Shown here: one piece after another, positions 15,873 to 31,128 of the stretch
How the letters are laid out: each line of letters begins with the position of its first letter
How positions within the stretch are numbered: the stretch's first letter is position 1
Source of the DNA: Chrysomallon squamiferum
Taxonomy: Eukaryota > Animalia > Mollusca
DNA: 64,000 nucleotides
Assembly: GCA_012295275.1 (NCBI GenBank)
Contig: CM022667.1
Location: forward strand, 9,424,001-9,488,000
Direction: 5' to 3'
Made by a program: the position numbers and the translations under genes
Notes under the pieces: model-generated
Told to the model about the DNA's origin: nothing
Seen by the model: the letters and a program-made list of their open reading frames with translations, nothing else
The model's database searches: none

Positions 15873-16165
15873 AACGCGAATTCCGTTTATATATCATATG
15901 CAGCTTATACAAATTATCATAGTTATTAATGCTGTTGTTGTAGATGTAGCTGCTGTTGTTGTTGTTGTTAATAATATGACAAAAACGGTACTGCTGTGAC
16001 AATTTGATAGCTATTAACCACAGTATCTATATAAAATATATTGTTTGTATACAATTATTCTATCTATTTTTTTTCTATTTCGTTAAATTTTCTTATTTAA
16101 TTTCATTGTTGGTTTTCTCTTACTAATGCATCATATATATAATATATTTTACTTTTCTTTTTTCC

Positions 16166-16241
<76 letters not shown>

Positions 16242-16340
16242 ATGGTAATTTTTCCTCTCTTCTTCATTAGTTTCCTCTTCTTTACCCTCTCTGTCTGTGT
16301 TTTCTCTATTTCCATTTTTCAAACTCTTCTGCTTTCTTTC

Positions 16341-16382
<42 letters not shown>

Positions 16383-16866
16383 AGCATAGGAAGTGAAAAA
16401 TAAGAGAAACAGACAGATGTGTGAATGCAGGATGGAATTAATTTTTAAAACACGTTTGTTTTGACGTTCTTCACAGATGACTGACTGCAAGTGATGCGTC
16501 ACGTGACTACAGGTGTGAAAGTCAAACGCAGGCAATTGTTTTCTCGTTTATTTCGTGTATTCATACGCGTGTGGTCTCGTTTCGAAAGGAAGTAGTTCTC
16601 ACGTGACCTTTTCTCCACAGTTGAAAAAATAAAATTTTATTAATGTAAAGAACAGATAAAAATTATCAACGTTTTATTTATTCTTAATTATTATTATTAT
16701 TATTATTGTATTATATGTTTGTTTGTATGTATATATGTATCTTGTATGTACGTATGTATGTATGTAAATATGTATGTATAAAATGTATCTCTGTATGTAT
16801 GTATGTAAATATGTATGTATATATGTGCACCTCTATTTAAATATTTATGTGTGTCTTTGTTTAGTG

Positions 16867-16903
<37 letters not shown>

Positions 16904-17697
16904 TTCACTTAAATAATTACTTAATTACATACTTTCTTACTTATTGTATATCACGTAACAAAATGTTAGATACTAAATCCAACAGTTTCGAATAACTGTC
17001 CTTAATTTTCTTCTTTTTCTTCTTCTTCTTCTTCTTCTTCTTCTTCTTCTTTTTCTTCTTCTTCTTCGTCTTCTTCTTTCGCAAATTAATTTTCCATACA
17101 TGGAACTTGACTCTGTTCTTTTGTGCAAACATGCGCACGCACTTTGTCAGTTTTTCAAAGTTATTCACCATGGAGATCGGACGTCTGCTTAATTGTATTA
17201 CGAGACATAAACACGGGAAATTGACAAGCAGTGCGCGCGGTCGCAGCTTGTCAGTTGCACGTGTCAATCACGTCACGTGGCCAGCTATTTAATTTAAAGC
17301 TCTGGCTATTTATCCGGCTGTTGGAGGAATTAGCGATGAAGTTATTTCAACGGCCGACCGCTTGGGAATATCGAAGATGCTGTTACAGAACAATAAAATG
17401 TTTTAATTGACGTGTAAATTATTATCGTTCAAATTAATTGGTATCTTATTTAGCAAAGTTATTTTTCTTTTTGCTTTTCTCTCTCTCTCTCTTTCTGTCG
17501 TTCTATCTCACTCTCTGAAAGTGAACCATTAATATTATTCTGTTAAAAACATTAGCAGCAATAGCAGTAGCAACAACAAAAACAATAACAACAACAACAA
17601 CAACAACAATAATAATAATAATTATTATTATTATAATAATAATAATAATAATAATAAATACGTACATACATACTTTTTGAATAATAGCGTTTTGGTA

Positions 17698-17767
17698 CGA
17701 AAGTGGCCGAAGATTTCCGAAGTGTCACAGTTGCGTCAATAATTGAATTACGTCACAAAGGTCAGCC
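17698..17767 (+). repeat. Dispersed ~70-bp repeat, copy 1
   Basis: cgaaagtggccgaagatttccgaagtgtcacagttgcgtcaataattgaattacgtcacaaaggtcagcc; homologous to 27008-27077 and to 56863-56931 on the minus strand. Confidence 0.8.
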
Positions 17768-17998
17768 GGTGTGGAAGTTACACATTTTTTTACTTCGGGG
17801 AATGAAAAGTTGCACGTTTGCAGTAAGATAATTTGATTAATTTATTCCATTACGTTTTAATTTCCATGTGACGAAATGAATTCACTGAGGTTTATTTATT
17901 TATTTATTTATTGTCATCTTCGTCAATTTATACATACATACATACATACATACATACATACATACATACATAATACATACATACATACATACATATAA

Positions 17999-18031
<33 letters not shown>

Positions 18032-18859
18032 CATACATACATATATATATGGCTATATTAATCTATCATTCTATTTATCTTTCTGTAGTTAGACAGATAG
18101 ATATTTATTTTTCTGTTTTCGAATTATTATAACATTCATACGATATATTCGGTTATCTTTTGAAAACAAAGACACACACACACACACACACTCACGCAAA
18201 CATACACACATAATACACTTTCTTTTGTTTCTGTTCTGCTGGCACCTAGATGTCATTATATATTTTTTTATTTTTTTACTTTTTTTTTACTTTTTATTTT
18301 TTATTTTTTTTTTACTTTTTGTTTTTTTCAAAACTTTTTTTGTGAGGTGCATTTTTCTTCTTATTTTTTTCTCTCTCTCTTTCTTCTTCACTGCTGTATG
18401 GATAATTTATTAAGTGTATCGAATGATTTCACTTGTTTCTCATAAATAAAAGATGAAAAAAAACTTTTAAATTTCTGAACTCAGTAACACTCAAGTAATT
18501 AAAAATTGTAGTAGTAGTAGTAGTAGTGGTAGTAGTAGTAGTAGTAATAGTAACAGTAATAATATTACTTAGTACTTGATATAGAAATAGTTTTTGTAGT
18601 AGTTGTAGTAGTAGTTGTAGTAGTAGTTGTAGCAGTTTTGTTGTAGGAGTACTCAATGCTATTGTTGTTTTCTTTTTTAATCATTATAATTTTAATAATT
18701 AGTAGTAGCTGTAATAGTGGTAGTTGTAATAAGTAAGTAAGTAAGTAAATAATAATATTACTAGTATCAATAGTAGAAATATTATTAGTAGGAATAGTTA
18801 TAGTTGTTCTTTTTGTTGGTGTTTCTTTTTTTGTAGCAGCAGTAGAATTTGTAGTAATA

Positions 18860-18910
<51 letters not shown>

Positions 18911-19012
18911 TAATAATAGTAGTAGTAGTAGTAATAGTAATAATAGTAGTAGTAGTAGTAACAGTAGTAATAGTAGTAGTAGTAGTAGTAGTAGTAGTAA
19001 AAATACAACTCT

Positions 19013-19093
<81 letters not shown>
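18860..19093. repeat. Compound (TAG)n plus (CT)n microsatellite
   Basis: Seen directly. Confidence 0.97.
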
Positions 19094-19097
<4 letters not shown>

Positions 19098-19389
19098 ACA
19101 AAACATTAAAAAAAAATATATATATATATAAAAAATGTATCCACTATTAAAATATGGCTCTTCTGTTACGCAACAGTCGTTTCTCGGGGAGGCAAGAAGC
19201 GACTGAAACCTCGCGAATTGTTCCGCCACATTTGCACGGTTCGTTTACCAGCACGCCATTCACGCGAGCTCCTGTTACCAGTACAAATTGGTTTTGCGTA
19301 ACACTCATTCACAATGTGTCGCCTTTGTGTTAGAATGTTCTCGAGTTTGCAGCGATGCTTGCGAATGTTCAGTCTCTTTAGTAGTAGTC

Positions 19390-19440
<51 letters not shown>

Positions 19441-19548
19441 ATGATAATAACAATAATAGTAATAACAATAACTACAACAGCAATAATAATAACAACAATA
19501 ATAGTAATAATAACAGCAACAACAATAACGATAATAATAATAATAACG

Positions 19549-19587
<39 letters not shown>

Positions 19588-19989
19588 GCTATTATTATTA
19601 TTTTTATTTTTGTGTATTTTACATGAGATATTTCAAATTTGATTAAATTCAGTTTGGTTCTAGCACGTTTGTCATGGGCACATGATTCAGACGCCTGGGT
19701 TTTTTGCAGATGATGGTTAGTGAATTATTATGATACAGCTTTAATACGTTATACTGTTACGAAATAAAACACCATTTTATTATTATAATCTACAACAACG
19801 AGGACTGCATACATTACTAAACATTTGCTTAACACAAATTCTCCAAACCAATGCTTTTGTAGGAGTTACTGTTATTACACTGTCAAAACCGTATTCATCA
19901 TTGTGCAGTCTTTTTTTTTTTTTCCCCTCAACGCTACATTTATTTTCATCCGACGTGTGAAAAACCTTTCTGATTCTGCATAGCATCCA

Positions 19990-20024
<35 letters not shown>

Positions 20025-21134
20025 CCCCTCGCCCCCCCCCCCACACACACCCACCCACCTACCTATCTCGACCGCTTCCCGCTTATCTGATGCATCCATT
20101 ACCTTCTGATCACCAGCAAATATGCGATGTGCGCGATAACTGCTTGTTTCTGTGTTGTTAAACGCCAGGGAAAATTAGCGGCGCGGCAAGTATATGGGAT
20201 AGATAACGGCGAACAGAAGAGTGAAACAGAAGCTTTGTCTTTCAAACGAGCCGGTGATACATCTATCTGGAGATAATTGGGTCTGCAACACGTCTGCCGC
20301 GATTAGTGCCCGCCTTTGATTGGCGTAATAGTCCTCGAGAACGCGTGCAAGAGCGCGTGCGTTGCGCGTTTCTGCCCAACCCCCCCCCACCACCACCATC
20401 CCTAGCCCGCTAACAGTAGTCGGGTGTTATGTAACGGTGCAAGTGCCGGGTTTTGATGTTAACGTCGGGACAAGAGAGATTAATGAAGTCTGAGTTTTTG
20501 TTTTTGAGAATGAAGCAGATAACGGGTCTTCTGGAGAGTTTTAAGTTTTCTGTGATAGGTCTGTTAATTAGTTTCTGCAACACAGATATACGAAAACTTT
20601 TGTATATGTGTGTTTCTTATATTAACCTGACCATATCTGAAAGCATCACACTTTCTTTATATATATATGTATGTATGTATCTGTTTGTGTGTGATTATGT
20701 GTGTTTATCTGTTTGTTTGTGCGTCTGTTTGTGTGTGTGAACGTGCAGAAACGACAAAGACATTTGTTAAGGAACACACGTATCAATACAGAGATCTAAT
20801 AATGATGTTCTCCAGAATCCACTTCCATCCACTTTAGTAACTCAGGCTTGACTGGATGATTTGACTGCGTGTGCGTGCGCGCGCGTGCATATCTGTGTAT
20901 TTGCGTCAAATTTTAATTAGACTTTTTGCTGAAAAAAGCGGTCGAAATTTATTACTAAGCATAAATCATTAAATTTCGAATGTTAATTACATTATCATAG
21001 AATAAAAATACAGAAGTGGTCAAAATAAAGCATATTTTAAATATATTTAACTGTACCTTGTTAGTTAGTGTCAAGTTGTATTGTAGAAGCCGTTTGGAGA
21101 ATTTTCCTTCTCTCTGACCAAGGTGAGGAAATAT

Positions 21135-21180
21135 ATGACGTAAAACAATCTAATGACGTACAACAATGCAATGACGTAAC
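21135..21180. repeat. 18-bp-period triple ATGACGTA repeat
   Basis: ATGACGTA at 21135, 21153 and 21171, with AACAAT in the spacers. Confidence 0.75.
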
Positions 21181-22731
21181 GTTGGAACCATTCTAAATGA
21201 TTATAAATGACAGCTACCACTGGTCTGTATTAAACAATTTATTTCTTTTGTTCTGCATTTTTTTACAATTATTGTTACTGTTATAATGTCATTATTATTA
21301 TTATTATTAGTAGTAGTAGTAGTAGTAGTAGTAATTGTCGTTGTAGTAGTAGCAGTAGGAGTAGTAGTAGTATTCTACGAGATAAAATATATTAATTCAT
21401 AACAGTTTCACGAAGCAAAAACAATAACAACAGTAGCTGCAGGCAGTAGCAACAACAGCAGCAACAATAACAACAACAATAAAAATAGTAGTAATAGTAA
21501 TAATAACAACAACAGCAATAACAATAAACAACTGATCAGATTTAGTAAACATTGGGAATTAACTTAATAATGGTTAGCAAATCAGAGTTTTCTCCCTTTA
21601 GTCACTGACGCGTAAGTAAACGCGATTGACAACGTTTGAAACTGCACTGTAACCATAACAAATGAAGCGTATCTAACATTAGTTAGCTAGTTAATTACGT
21701 CTATTTTGATTTAGTTGTCTTTGCTTCCACGGTTGAATGCGCGGCTGTTTACAGAGCGTTTTGGATGACTGATTTTAATAATCAACAATTCCAAGAAGTG
21801 GTGTATTTATTTATTTATATATTTACTTACTGTTATTATTTAGGTTGAGTATAGGAACGAATATAGCTATACTTATATTCACTAGGCAATTAAATTTTAT
21901 ATCCATAAAGTAAACATACATACAGACACACATACACACACATACACATAGATAGATAGATAGATAGATAGATACAGATACATACATACATACATACATA
22001 GACAAATAGATAGACAGACAGATAGATAGATAAATAGATAGATAGACAGATAGATACACTATTTTTCTTTTTTCTGCGAGTTTGTTTCTTTGAAGGTTTT
22101 TTTTATTTGTTGGTTATTTTGTTTTGTTGTTGTTGTTTTTCGAGGGAAGGGATTTATTGTTTGACTGAACATAAAATATTTATAACTTTCATTTTATTTA
22201 AATAATACCAAAACTATTTATACAGAGCATTAGAAACACAAATTTAAATTTGGATAATTATTATTATTATTATATTTTATTAAAAAAAATTGGAACGGGT
22301 AAACACTATTACTCTTTAATATTTAGAATAATAATATTATACAGAATTTAATTCAAAGTGATGATGTTTAATAATGATTGCAATAAATTATCGCGATCAG
22401 TTTTGATGGTGCGCATAATAAATCGCATCTTTTGTTTTCTTTAATGACGATGTCAGTGTTGCTGACGTGAGGTTTGACGATGATGAAGATGACGATGTAT
22501 TACAATAACGATGATGTTGTAAAAACCACGTCTACAAAACGTCTGTGTTAAAAGTACAGGCGCAACGTCTCTAAAACATAAGCAATAACTTTTCCACTTC
22601 AGTTTTTTTTTTTTCCGCTTTATTACGAATCCACTTGAAAACCAATCTCGACTATTTCTCGCCGCTTAAAAACCGGATGCACTGACTTTGTAAATGGAGA
22701 AAAGAAAACAGAAAAAAAAAACCAACACACG

Positions 22732-22762
<31 letters not shown>

Positions 22763-22769
22763 AGACCTC

Positions 22770-23350
22770 AGTAAACTGTTCTTCGTCTGGTAGACAGGTG
22801 CGCGTGCGTGGTGCGTGTAAAACACACTTTGTAAACAGCGGGTGTCTTTTTAAAAAAAATAATAAAAATAAAAATAATAAAACATTGTAAAAAAAAAATA
22901 AGAATAAAAAAAAAAAAAAAAAAACAAACAAAAACTGACGTTGTGTGAAATTAAGACCCACTTTGATGCAAGCACGTTTGAATAAAAGCCGTTTTAGCCA
23001 TAAGTCCCAAGTGGAAGTGCATCCATGAAATTAGCCCGGATATCCAGCAGCGAAAACGAGGCGCATGTGCAGTGCGCGTGCTACGGATCAAAGCGGAGAG
23101 TGTGCTGCCACCTGTTGGTCGTTTTAACCCACTGAGAGTGCGGAGTGTAGATCCGGATGGTCGCGCTTCATTACGAACACTTCCTTGGAGATTTATCCGC
23201 CAGAGGAAAATAGTTCCGACGTTAATGACGTGAATCGTGTATTTTGCTTAATAAAAATCTCTTGTGTGCTGTTTTCGAATTAAAGAACTATTCCTCCGGG
23301 GGGTTTTCAAGTTTTCATGCCGTCATGCACGTCAGTAAAGTGAATGGTTG
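22770..23350. promoter_or_regulatory. Candidate intergenic enhancer/insulator island
   Basis: CpG-rich. CAGGTG at 22795, TCF-type CTTTGAT at 22961 and ATCAAAG at 23087, CTCF-like GTGCTGCCACCTGTTGG at 23102-23118. Confidence 0.4.
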
Positions 23351-23811
23351 AAGTGAGATGTTTTTTAAAATAAAAAATTTTTTTTTTAAATAAAAAATAA
23401 ATAAACATGTATGTACAGGAATAGTCGATTAAAGAAGAAAGAAAGAGAAAAGCGTTAACACTAAAAAAAAAATAAAAATAAAAATAAAAATAAAAAATAA
23501 GAATGAGGGAAGGAATATATGTACGGACGATTAACACACGATTATTTTTCAAAGTTTTTTTTTTTTTTTTTTTCTGTTTTGTTTTGGCCATGTTGTTTTC
23601 TGTTGTTGTGTGTTGAGGTTTTTTTTTTCTGTTTTTTGGGGGTGGTTTGTTGTTTTCTGTTCTTTTTTTTCCTCTTTTTCTTCTTTTTCTTCCTTTTTTA
23701 AGAAAGAAATGAAAATTTGTAAATAAAATATGACGTAACATTCTTATTTCTATCATTAATATTACTGCTACCACAACCACTACTGCTGCAACTAGTACTA
23801 CTACTATTATG

Positions 23812-23880
<69 letters not shown>

Positions 23881-24904
23881 TCCAAGCAGTGAGTTCTGTT
23901 ACAGATTTCGCAGATAAATTATACATTTTTGATACAGATGTTTAAAAAGCAAATGCTTTTGAAGTATTTCAGTACGAAATGACGTCACGATAAACAAAAC
24001 AAAACAAAGTAATATCCCTGCATGGTCCTTATTTTATTGGCCTACTTTGTAATGAGTAAAGATTAGTCTAAAAACACCTAATGAAATAAAAACCTGGAAG
24101 AAGAAGAAGAAGAAGAAGAATATATAGTGTACACTTCTAATTCTTTATTTCTCTCCCCGATCTCTCCACCAGACTCTTTCAGAACTGCCCCACCATTGAT
24201 ACGATGGATGTAAACACTATAACAATAGAAAAAATAAACAAAAACAAACCTAGTATCATAACGACACACGTGGGCTCGATCCTTAAATCATGCACGTGCC
24301 ATAATGCGCATTAAACGACGACAAACATTGTTTAGCGCGCCACAAAAACAAACACACGCACGTGATTTTCGAATCGCGCGCGAGCACTCGGCCAGACAAT
24401 GGCGATAAAGTGTAAACAGAGAAGCTAGACGCGGCAATTCGCACGCGCTCTTTCGCGGTTTTCGTTTTTTCGTATTTCGTTATTTGAGTTTGGGACGTTT
24501 CCATCGGGGCCCCCCGTTTCGCTTCGGTGGAAATCAAAATAAAAGAAGAAGACGTGTACGCCATTTTCTTCATCGTTTCCCGGCTCGAGTGTCACGTGAT
24601 ATGACATTCTCACGTGCTGGGGTTTGTTACTCGCTCTAAGGTTGTTTGGAAATTCTTCTCCACTCTACTATCAACAATAGCGCTGTTAGACATTTTCAAC
24701 CTGCCAGTTGGTGAAAACAAACAAAGAAGAAAATAAAGATGTGGTAATTACGTGTAAAGGGTTAAATGGCAAGAAGTTGTTTATGTTGCTTACGTAGAAC
24801 ATAATGGCTGGTTTGAAAAATGACGTCATTAGAGGCAGAAAGATGACGTGATTAAAGGAAGTTTAAAACTTGTTAAAAACTAATCAGCTGTAAATTGAAA
24901 AACA

Positions 24905-24996
<92 letters not shown>

Positions 24997-25458
24997 ATAC
25001 ATACACATATAATAAACAAGATACTTTTATTATACTGTGTTATACAAATACAGTTCAGTTTTCTTAATCAACAGTAAGAAGCACTTTATTCAGTCTCTCT
25101 TCGCTTGCCTGTATTTCAAATACAAAGAGCTAGTGATGAAAGCGAGGCCACAGCTTTTTAGACAGAAGTTAAATACAGCTGTCAGCAATCTATCAGACGT
25201 CACCTCACACGCAAGATGTCTGGAAGGGGAGATAACTGTAAAAACGAAGTAAAATCAGTATTAGTGTAAACATCTTTTGTAACAGGTATAGGGATGGCTC
25301 AGTGTAACTTTAAATTGTATTTGTTTATATATTTATTTATTTATTTATACTATCTAAATATGTTCCAGTTCAGTAACTGCATTTGAGGCGTTTCGTAAAT
25401 AAATAGGTGTATATGACCTGTGAATTAAGAGTGATTATTTCTCATATCTGTACTGTAA

Positions 25459-25499
<41 letters not shown>

Positions 25500-25639
25500 G
25501 TGTGTGTGTGTTTTGTGTGCGCACATACATATATATTTACAATGAAAAATAAAAAAACATTTCTTGATTGATTTATTAAATGTTATTACTGTGTTTGCGT
25601 GTAGGAAAGCTTGTATGTGTATATAAATTGGTTTGCATC

Positions 25640-25688
<49 letters not shown>

Positions 25689-26660
25689 ATGCGCGCGCTC
25701 GCGTGCGCGCCCGCTCATACAAGTCTATATTTTTGTGTGCTGAGATTGGGAAAATGTATGTGCGTGTGTCTATAAATTGATGTTACTGTGATCATCACAT
25801 TTCAGTCAATAAAAATACACACAACCTTTACAGCCACACACTATTACTCGGACTACTACTTCATTTACAATTTACTACTACTACTACTACTACTACAGCT
25901 ACAGCAGTCACTTCCACCACTACTGCAGCTTCTCTGGCAGATGCTAGATCTAACAGTAAACAATAACCACGACTGCGGCTTTTGCTACCGCAGTCCGTTG
26001 TTAACACGTCATTAAATCTCTCCTCTGCCTCACATCTTTAACAGATTACTTGCTAACTAATAATAATAATAATAACAACAACAACAACAACAACAACAAC
26101 TAAACTCAGAACACCAGCAGCAGCCATCTCGCCGTTTTTCTCCTCTTCAGTGCAGACAATGAGCCGGTGTTTAAACCGAGGTGTAACAGCTTAATCTTCA
26201 ATTTATTATCGTTCACAAGCAGCGCTGAGCTTTTGCAGACGTCTTTATTGCCGCGTTGACGGGGTCTTTAACACTCTGTGTAGCGATACGGCTGTCGGCA
26301 GAAGAGCCACGATAAGCGCGCCGTCTTGAAAACGAGGCATGCGCAGTTGATGGCTTCCTCGAGTATCCGCCATATGTTCTCGAACATTCGGCGGGTTTTC
26401 CTGGTGTCGAATGTTTTACAAGGGTATTTATTATTCGTTGCGATCGTTTTGTCGGACAGATTTGCAAAAGCCGTGTTTGTTTTCTCGCTTCGTAATACGT
26501 TTTACGTTCGTTATATTATTTTTTTTTTTTTATAAATGTTCGTTGCATTGGTTGGTAAAACGCCAGTAATAAGCTCGGAGAGTGGTTCAGTGTGCGGCGC
26601 GGTTATGGTTCTTGGTTTTATTTGAGATGGTTGTTAGAGGTGTGTTTATGTGGATGTCTG

Positions 26661-26721
<61 letters not shown>

Positions 26722-26924
26722 CCCCTATTTTCTGGTGTTTAAAAAACATATCTATCTGTATATCCATCTGTCTGTCTTTCTGAAAATTTATATTTATCTA
26801 TCTATATCTCTATCTATCTATCTATCTATCTATATATATATATATATAATGTATGTATGTATAAAAGTATCAGTTATATAAAAAATATATATTAAAATAA
26901 GAGCAAAAATACAACAACAGTACC

Positions 26925-26979
<55 letters not shown>

Positions 26980-27007
26980 GTTCGTACATGCTTAAAGCAC
27001 TTTCGCG

Positions 27008-27077
27008 CTAAAGCAGTCGAAGAATCCCGAAGGGTCAAAGTTACGTCAATAATTAAATTACGTCACAAAGGTCAACC
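27008..27077 (+). repeat. Dispersed ~70-bp repeat, copy 2
   Basis: aaagcagtcgaagaatcccgaagggtcaaagttacgtcaataattaaattacgtcacaaaggtcaacc. Confidence 0.8.
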
Positions 27078-27629
27078 TTTGAGTTTTTAAACGCTTCTCA
27101 CTTCAATGTTGTGAGACGTAAATTTGCGATAACATTTTTGTTAATTTTCAGCTTTGAGGTTTCTGTTTATTTATTATTTTTTAATTTATTATCGTCATCA
27201 TCTATATATGTGCGTGTGTTGTATGTGTGACTATCATTTTATAAAGGTACATACGGTAATAAATATATAATGTACAATGTAGATGAATAAAAAAAAATAA
27301 TAATAATAAAAATCTCCAGCAATAACATAAATAAATATATATATATTTCTTTTCTGAATACGTATAGATGAAACTGAATATTCTTGAACGGTAGACTCAA
27401 ACACGTGTTGAGTTGTGTCCCTTTGAAGAGACTTTACAAATTATTGATGATTATAGAATTTTCTGCTTGGATAAAGAATATAATTTATCTTCATTGAGTG
27501 TTACATAAAAGAAGTAGGATTTTGTTCAATAATATTGTATTTACGATTTATTTCTGATTTAGTAGACTGTTTAGTTTTAATTTTGTTTATAATTCATTAC
27601 GCTCAGTGCAACAAATGTGTGTGTCGTTC

Positions 27630-27798
<169 letters not shown>

Positions 27799-29068
27799 AC
27801 ACACTTACGTTCTGTCGTATCTGATTTCCCTAATATACAAGACATTAATATTCATGCCAACATATTTTCTCCCGTTACTAAACATATTTTTTCGAGCGTT
27901 CATCCTCATAATTTATGATTTTCTGTGTATACGACTGTTTGTCTAGGCGTCTTTGAAAATTGTATGTCAGGCCGTCCGGCTCTTTTAAATATGAATTACT
28001 TGTTGTTTTTATTAGCGTTTGTTTTGTGGTTCTTTATAATTAATTTACTTTTCACGATATTTATTTATCTATCTATCTGTCTATCTATCTGTCTGGCTAT
28101 CTGTCTATCTGTGTAGCTATCTGAGTTTTTAATTTACCTATTTATATACTCATTCATTCATTAAAAGTGAAAATTATTGCTTCCTTTCTTTGTTATTTAA
28201 ATATAATATTTCATTTTCTGGAATTTTTTAATTTTCACTTCTAACAATTACACTAATTACATTAAACTCATTCAAAAAGTTTATTTTCAAATTAATTAAT
28301 TACACCATTAAAACTATTTAGTCTCTTTTCTCGCACACATTTGAGATTACGCCTATAATATTTATCAACGAACGAATCTCTTTAATTTAAATTTTTTTTT
28401 TTTTTTTCTCATTAATCTATGGCTTCAGTCTTCCTTCGACAGAATACGCTACATCTTGAGCGTGTTATTTTAACAATCTACATATTAAATTAAAATTATC
28501 GAAATAATTTTCTACCTCTGGGACCAGCGGTGTCGGTCGTGTTTCAGTGAGGGCGACATTCCGTCACTTTTATCTCGTTCATCGGCGAAGGCGAAGCCTT
28601 AAAACAAAGGGAGATAATCTAGTTTGATTTGCGCGCCCCGCCGCTCGTTCCTTTCATCCAGTGACACATGTACGAGCTGTCAATCAAAATTAACGTGATC
28701 AAACGAACCAATGAAAACGGGATTAGCGGAGTAGATTGTCGGCGTAAGTGTTAATTACTTGATAGACTTCACACCTCTGTGGATGGGAGAATTGTTTTTT
28801 TTTTTATTATTTGTTTTCATGAAAGTGTTCTTTCTGCTTATTTTAATATTAGTCATGTTTTCAGATCTTTGTTTTAATATAAATATCTGTTTTTATGTTG
28901 TTGTTTGTTGTTGTTTTTGACTCGTTCTTTATTGTTATTAACATATTTTTGTTCCACCTTCTTCGTTTTCGTTTAGATTTTTTTTAAAATAAATTTAAGA
29001 TTTTCTTTTACTAATTTATATAAAGGCATTAATCAAAGTTAAATTAAATCTTAAAGTAATAAACTAGA

Positions 29069-29103
<35 letters not shown>

Positions 29104-29689
29104 ATAACGAAACCAGTTAATAAACACAAATTTACTAATGATGTAAATAATATTTTATTATTATTATTACTATTCAATTATTTAAATATTTTTAAAATAT
29201 ATTTTTCGAGTTCTTCGTTCTTTGTCTTTGTTTCTAAACGTTAACTGTCTTATGTTGTTTCATCTACGATTATTATTATTACTACTACTACTACTATAAC
29301 TATCGCTGTTGTTGTTGTAGTTGATGCTGTAATGACAATAATAACACTAGTAGGAATATGCCATAAAAAATAGTTAATTAATAATAATAATAAAACGATG
29401 ATGATGATAATAGCTGTAAGAGTAGAAATGTTGTATTACTACTACTACTACTACTACTACTGTTACTACTGATACAACTACTACTACTACTAATGCTACT
29501 ACTACTACCACTAATAATAATAATAATAAAAGTAATAATAATAATAATATTATTATTATTAATAATAATAATAATATAAATCACAATAATTATAACAAAA
29601 GCATAAACAAACAGACAAAACAAAAATGACATAAACACATTTTTATACCAAAAAAACAACATCACAGAAAACAAAACTTAATACTAAAA

Positions 29690-29888
29690 CACGGCAAGAA
29701 CGTTAACTCCGCATAACTCATATTTTTTCAAACAATCGACAGCCTCGGTCCGGCATTGCGGAACAATCTCGCCTCTCTCCTAGCGACGAACGTCCCATTT
29801 TTTGTTTAGGCAGGTGTTTGATATCTCGAGCTATTTGAAAAACTCTATTCTCCCGTTCATTGTCCTGTAGTCTCCCCCTTTCTTGTGT

Positions 29889-29927
<39 letters not shown>

Positions 29928-30390
29928 TTCCCCTGAAAGGTGACGCGCTCGTTAATTTGTCCGCCAAGTCGAATGCACCTGTCGAACGTATAGGTTACCA
30001 GGGTATACCCGTATAATTACGCTAACAAAAAATAGAGCCGGCGAACAAATATTTAACCTTTTGTAAATGGGAATAGGCAATGAAATATGAACACGACGTT
30101 ACAAAGGAATGGATATAAAGAAAGCTCGTGTATTCCCAGTCACTAAACTACCCTTTGAGTTAAACAGCACAGAGATTACTTTTCATCTCCTAGGAAAAAG
30201 AACGCGTTTTTTGTTGTTTTTTTGTTCAAAAAGAGTTGGGTTTTTTTTTTTTTCTCGTTTAAGTGATCACCTGATTCCGTAGTTAGTAGTCTTCCGCTCT
30301 AAGGAAACGCCACTGGCCCGAGTCTTTACACCCGGCTAGGATTTCAATAGATTAGAAGCAGGTGCTTTTTGGCGTGTGCCAGTTGTAAAG

Positions 30391-30421
<31 letters not shown>

Positions 30422-30504
30422 AAGAGAGAGAAAAAGGTGGGGTCCCTATTTAACATAAAAGTGTGACCCCTAACTATAACTCGTGGATAAATTAGGAAAG
30501 TAGG

Positions 30505-30538
<34 letters not shown>

Positions 30539-30680
30539 GCAGAAGGGGCGATGTTTAACTTCGGGTGATAAAAAAAAAAAAAAGGAGAAAGGTAACCGGT
30601 GGGGTGGTGGGGTGAGGGGGGAGTAGAGAGAGAGAATAAAGAAAGATTAGTTTCACTTACAGGTGTGAAAGACGAGAAAA
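29690..30680. promoter_or_regulatory. Candidate enhancer with five Snail-type E-boxes
   Basis: CAGGTG/CACCTG at 29811, 29976, 30268, 30359 and 30660; T-box site at 30661. Confidence 0.4.
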
Positions 30681-30798
30681 AATTATTTAAAAAGTAAATA
30701 ATGAAAAATGAAAAATGAAAATACAAAAATGTTTATTTAGAATATGGTAAATTTATTTTTAAATATTACTGAAAAGTATTAAATAATTATATTCTTTT

Positions 30799-30835
<37 letters not shown>

Positions 30836-31085
30836 TGTGTGTGTGTAAATACTGTCCATTCGTAAAGTATTCACAGATAATAACTATGTCAGTAACACCC
30901 ACAAATTGTCCATAATAAAAATTATTTCGAACACAAACATTTTAACGGACATACAGACAGAAACAAACAAGAATACCTCGTTAGACGGGAACACTGTATT
31001 TTTTATTTTATTTTCTTTTATTTATTTTTTATTATTATTTTTATATTTATTAATTTGCTTTTCTTTATTTCTTTCTCATTTTATT

Positions 31086-31128
<43 letters not shown>

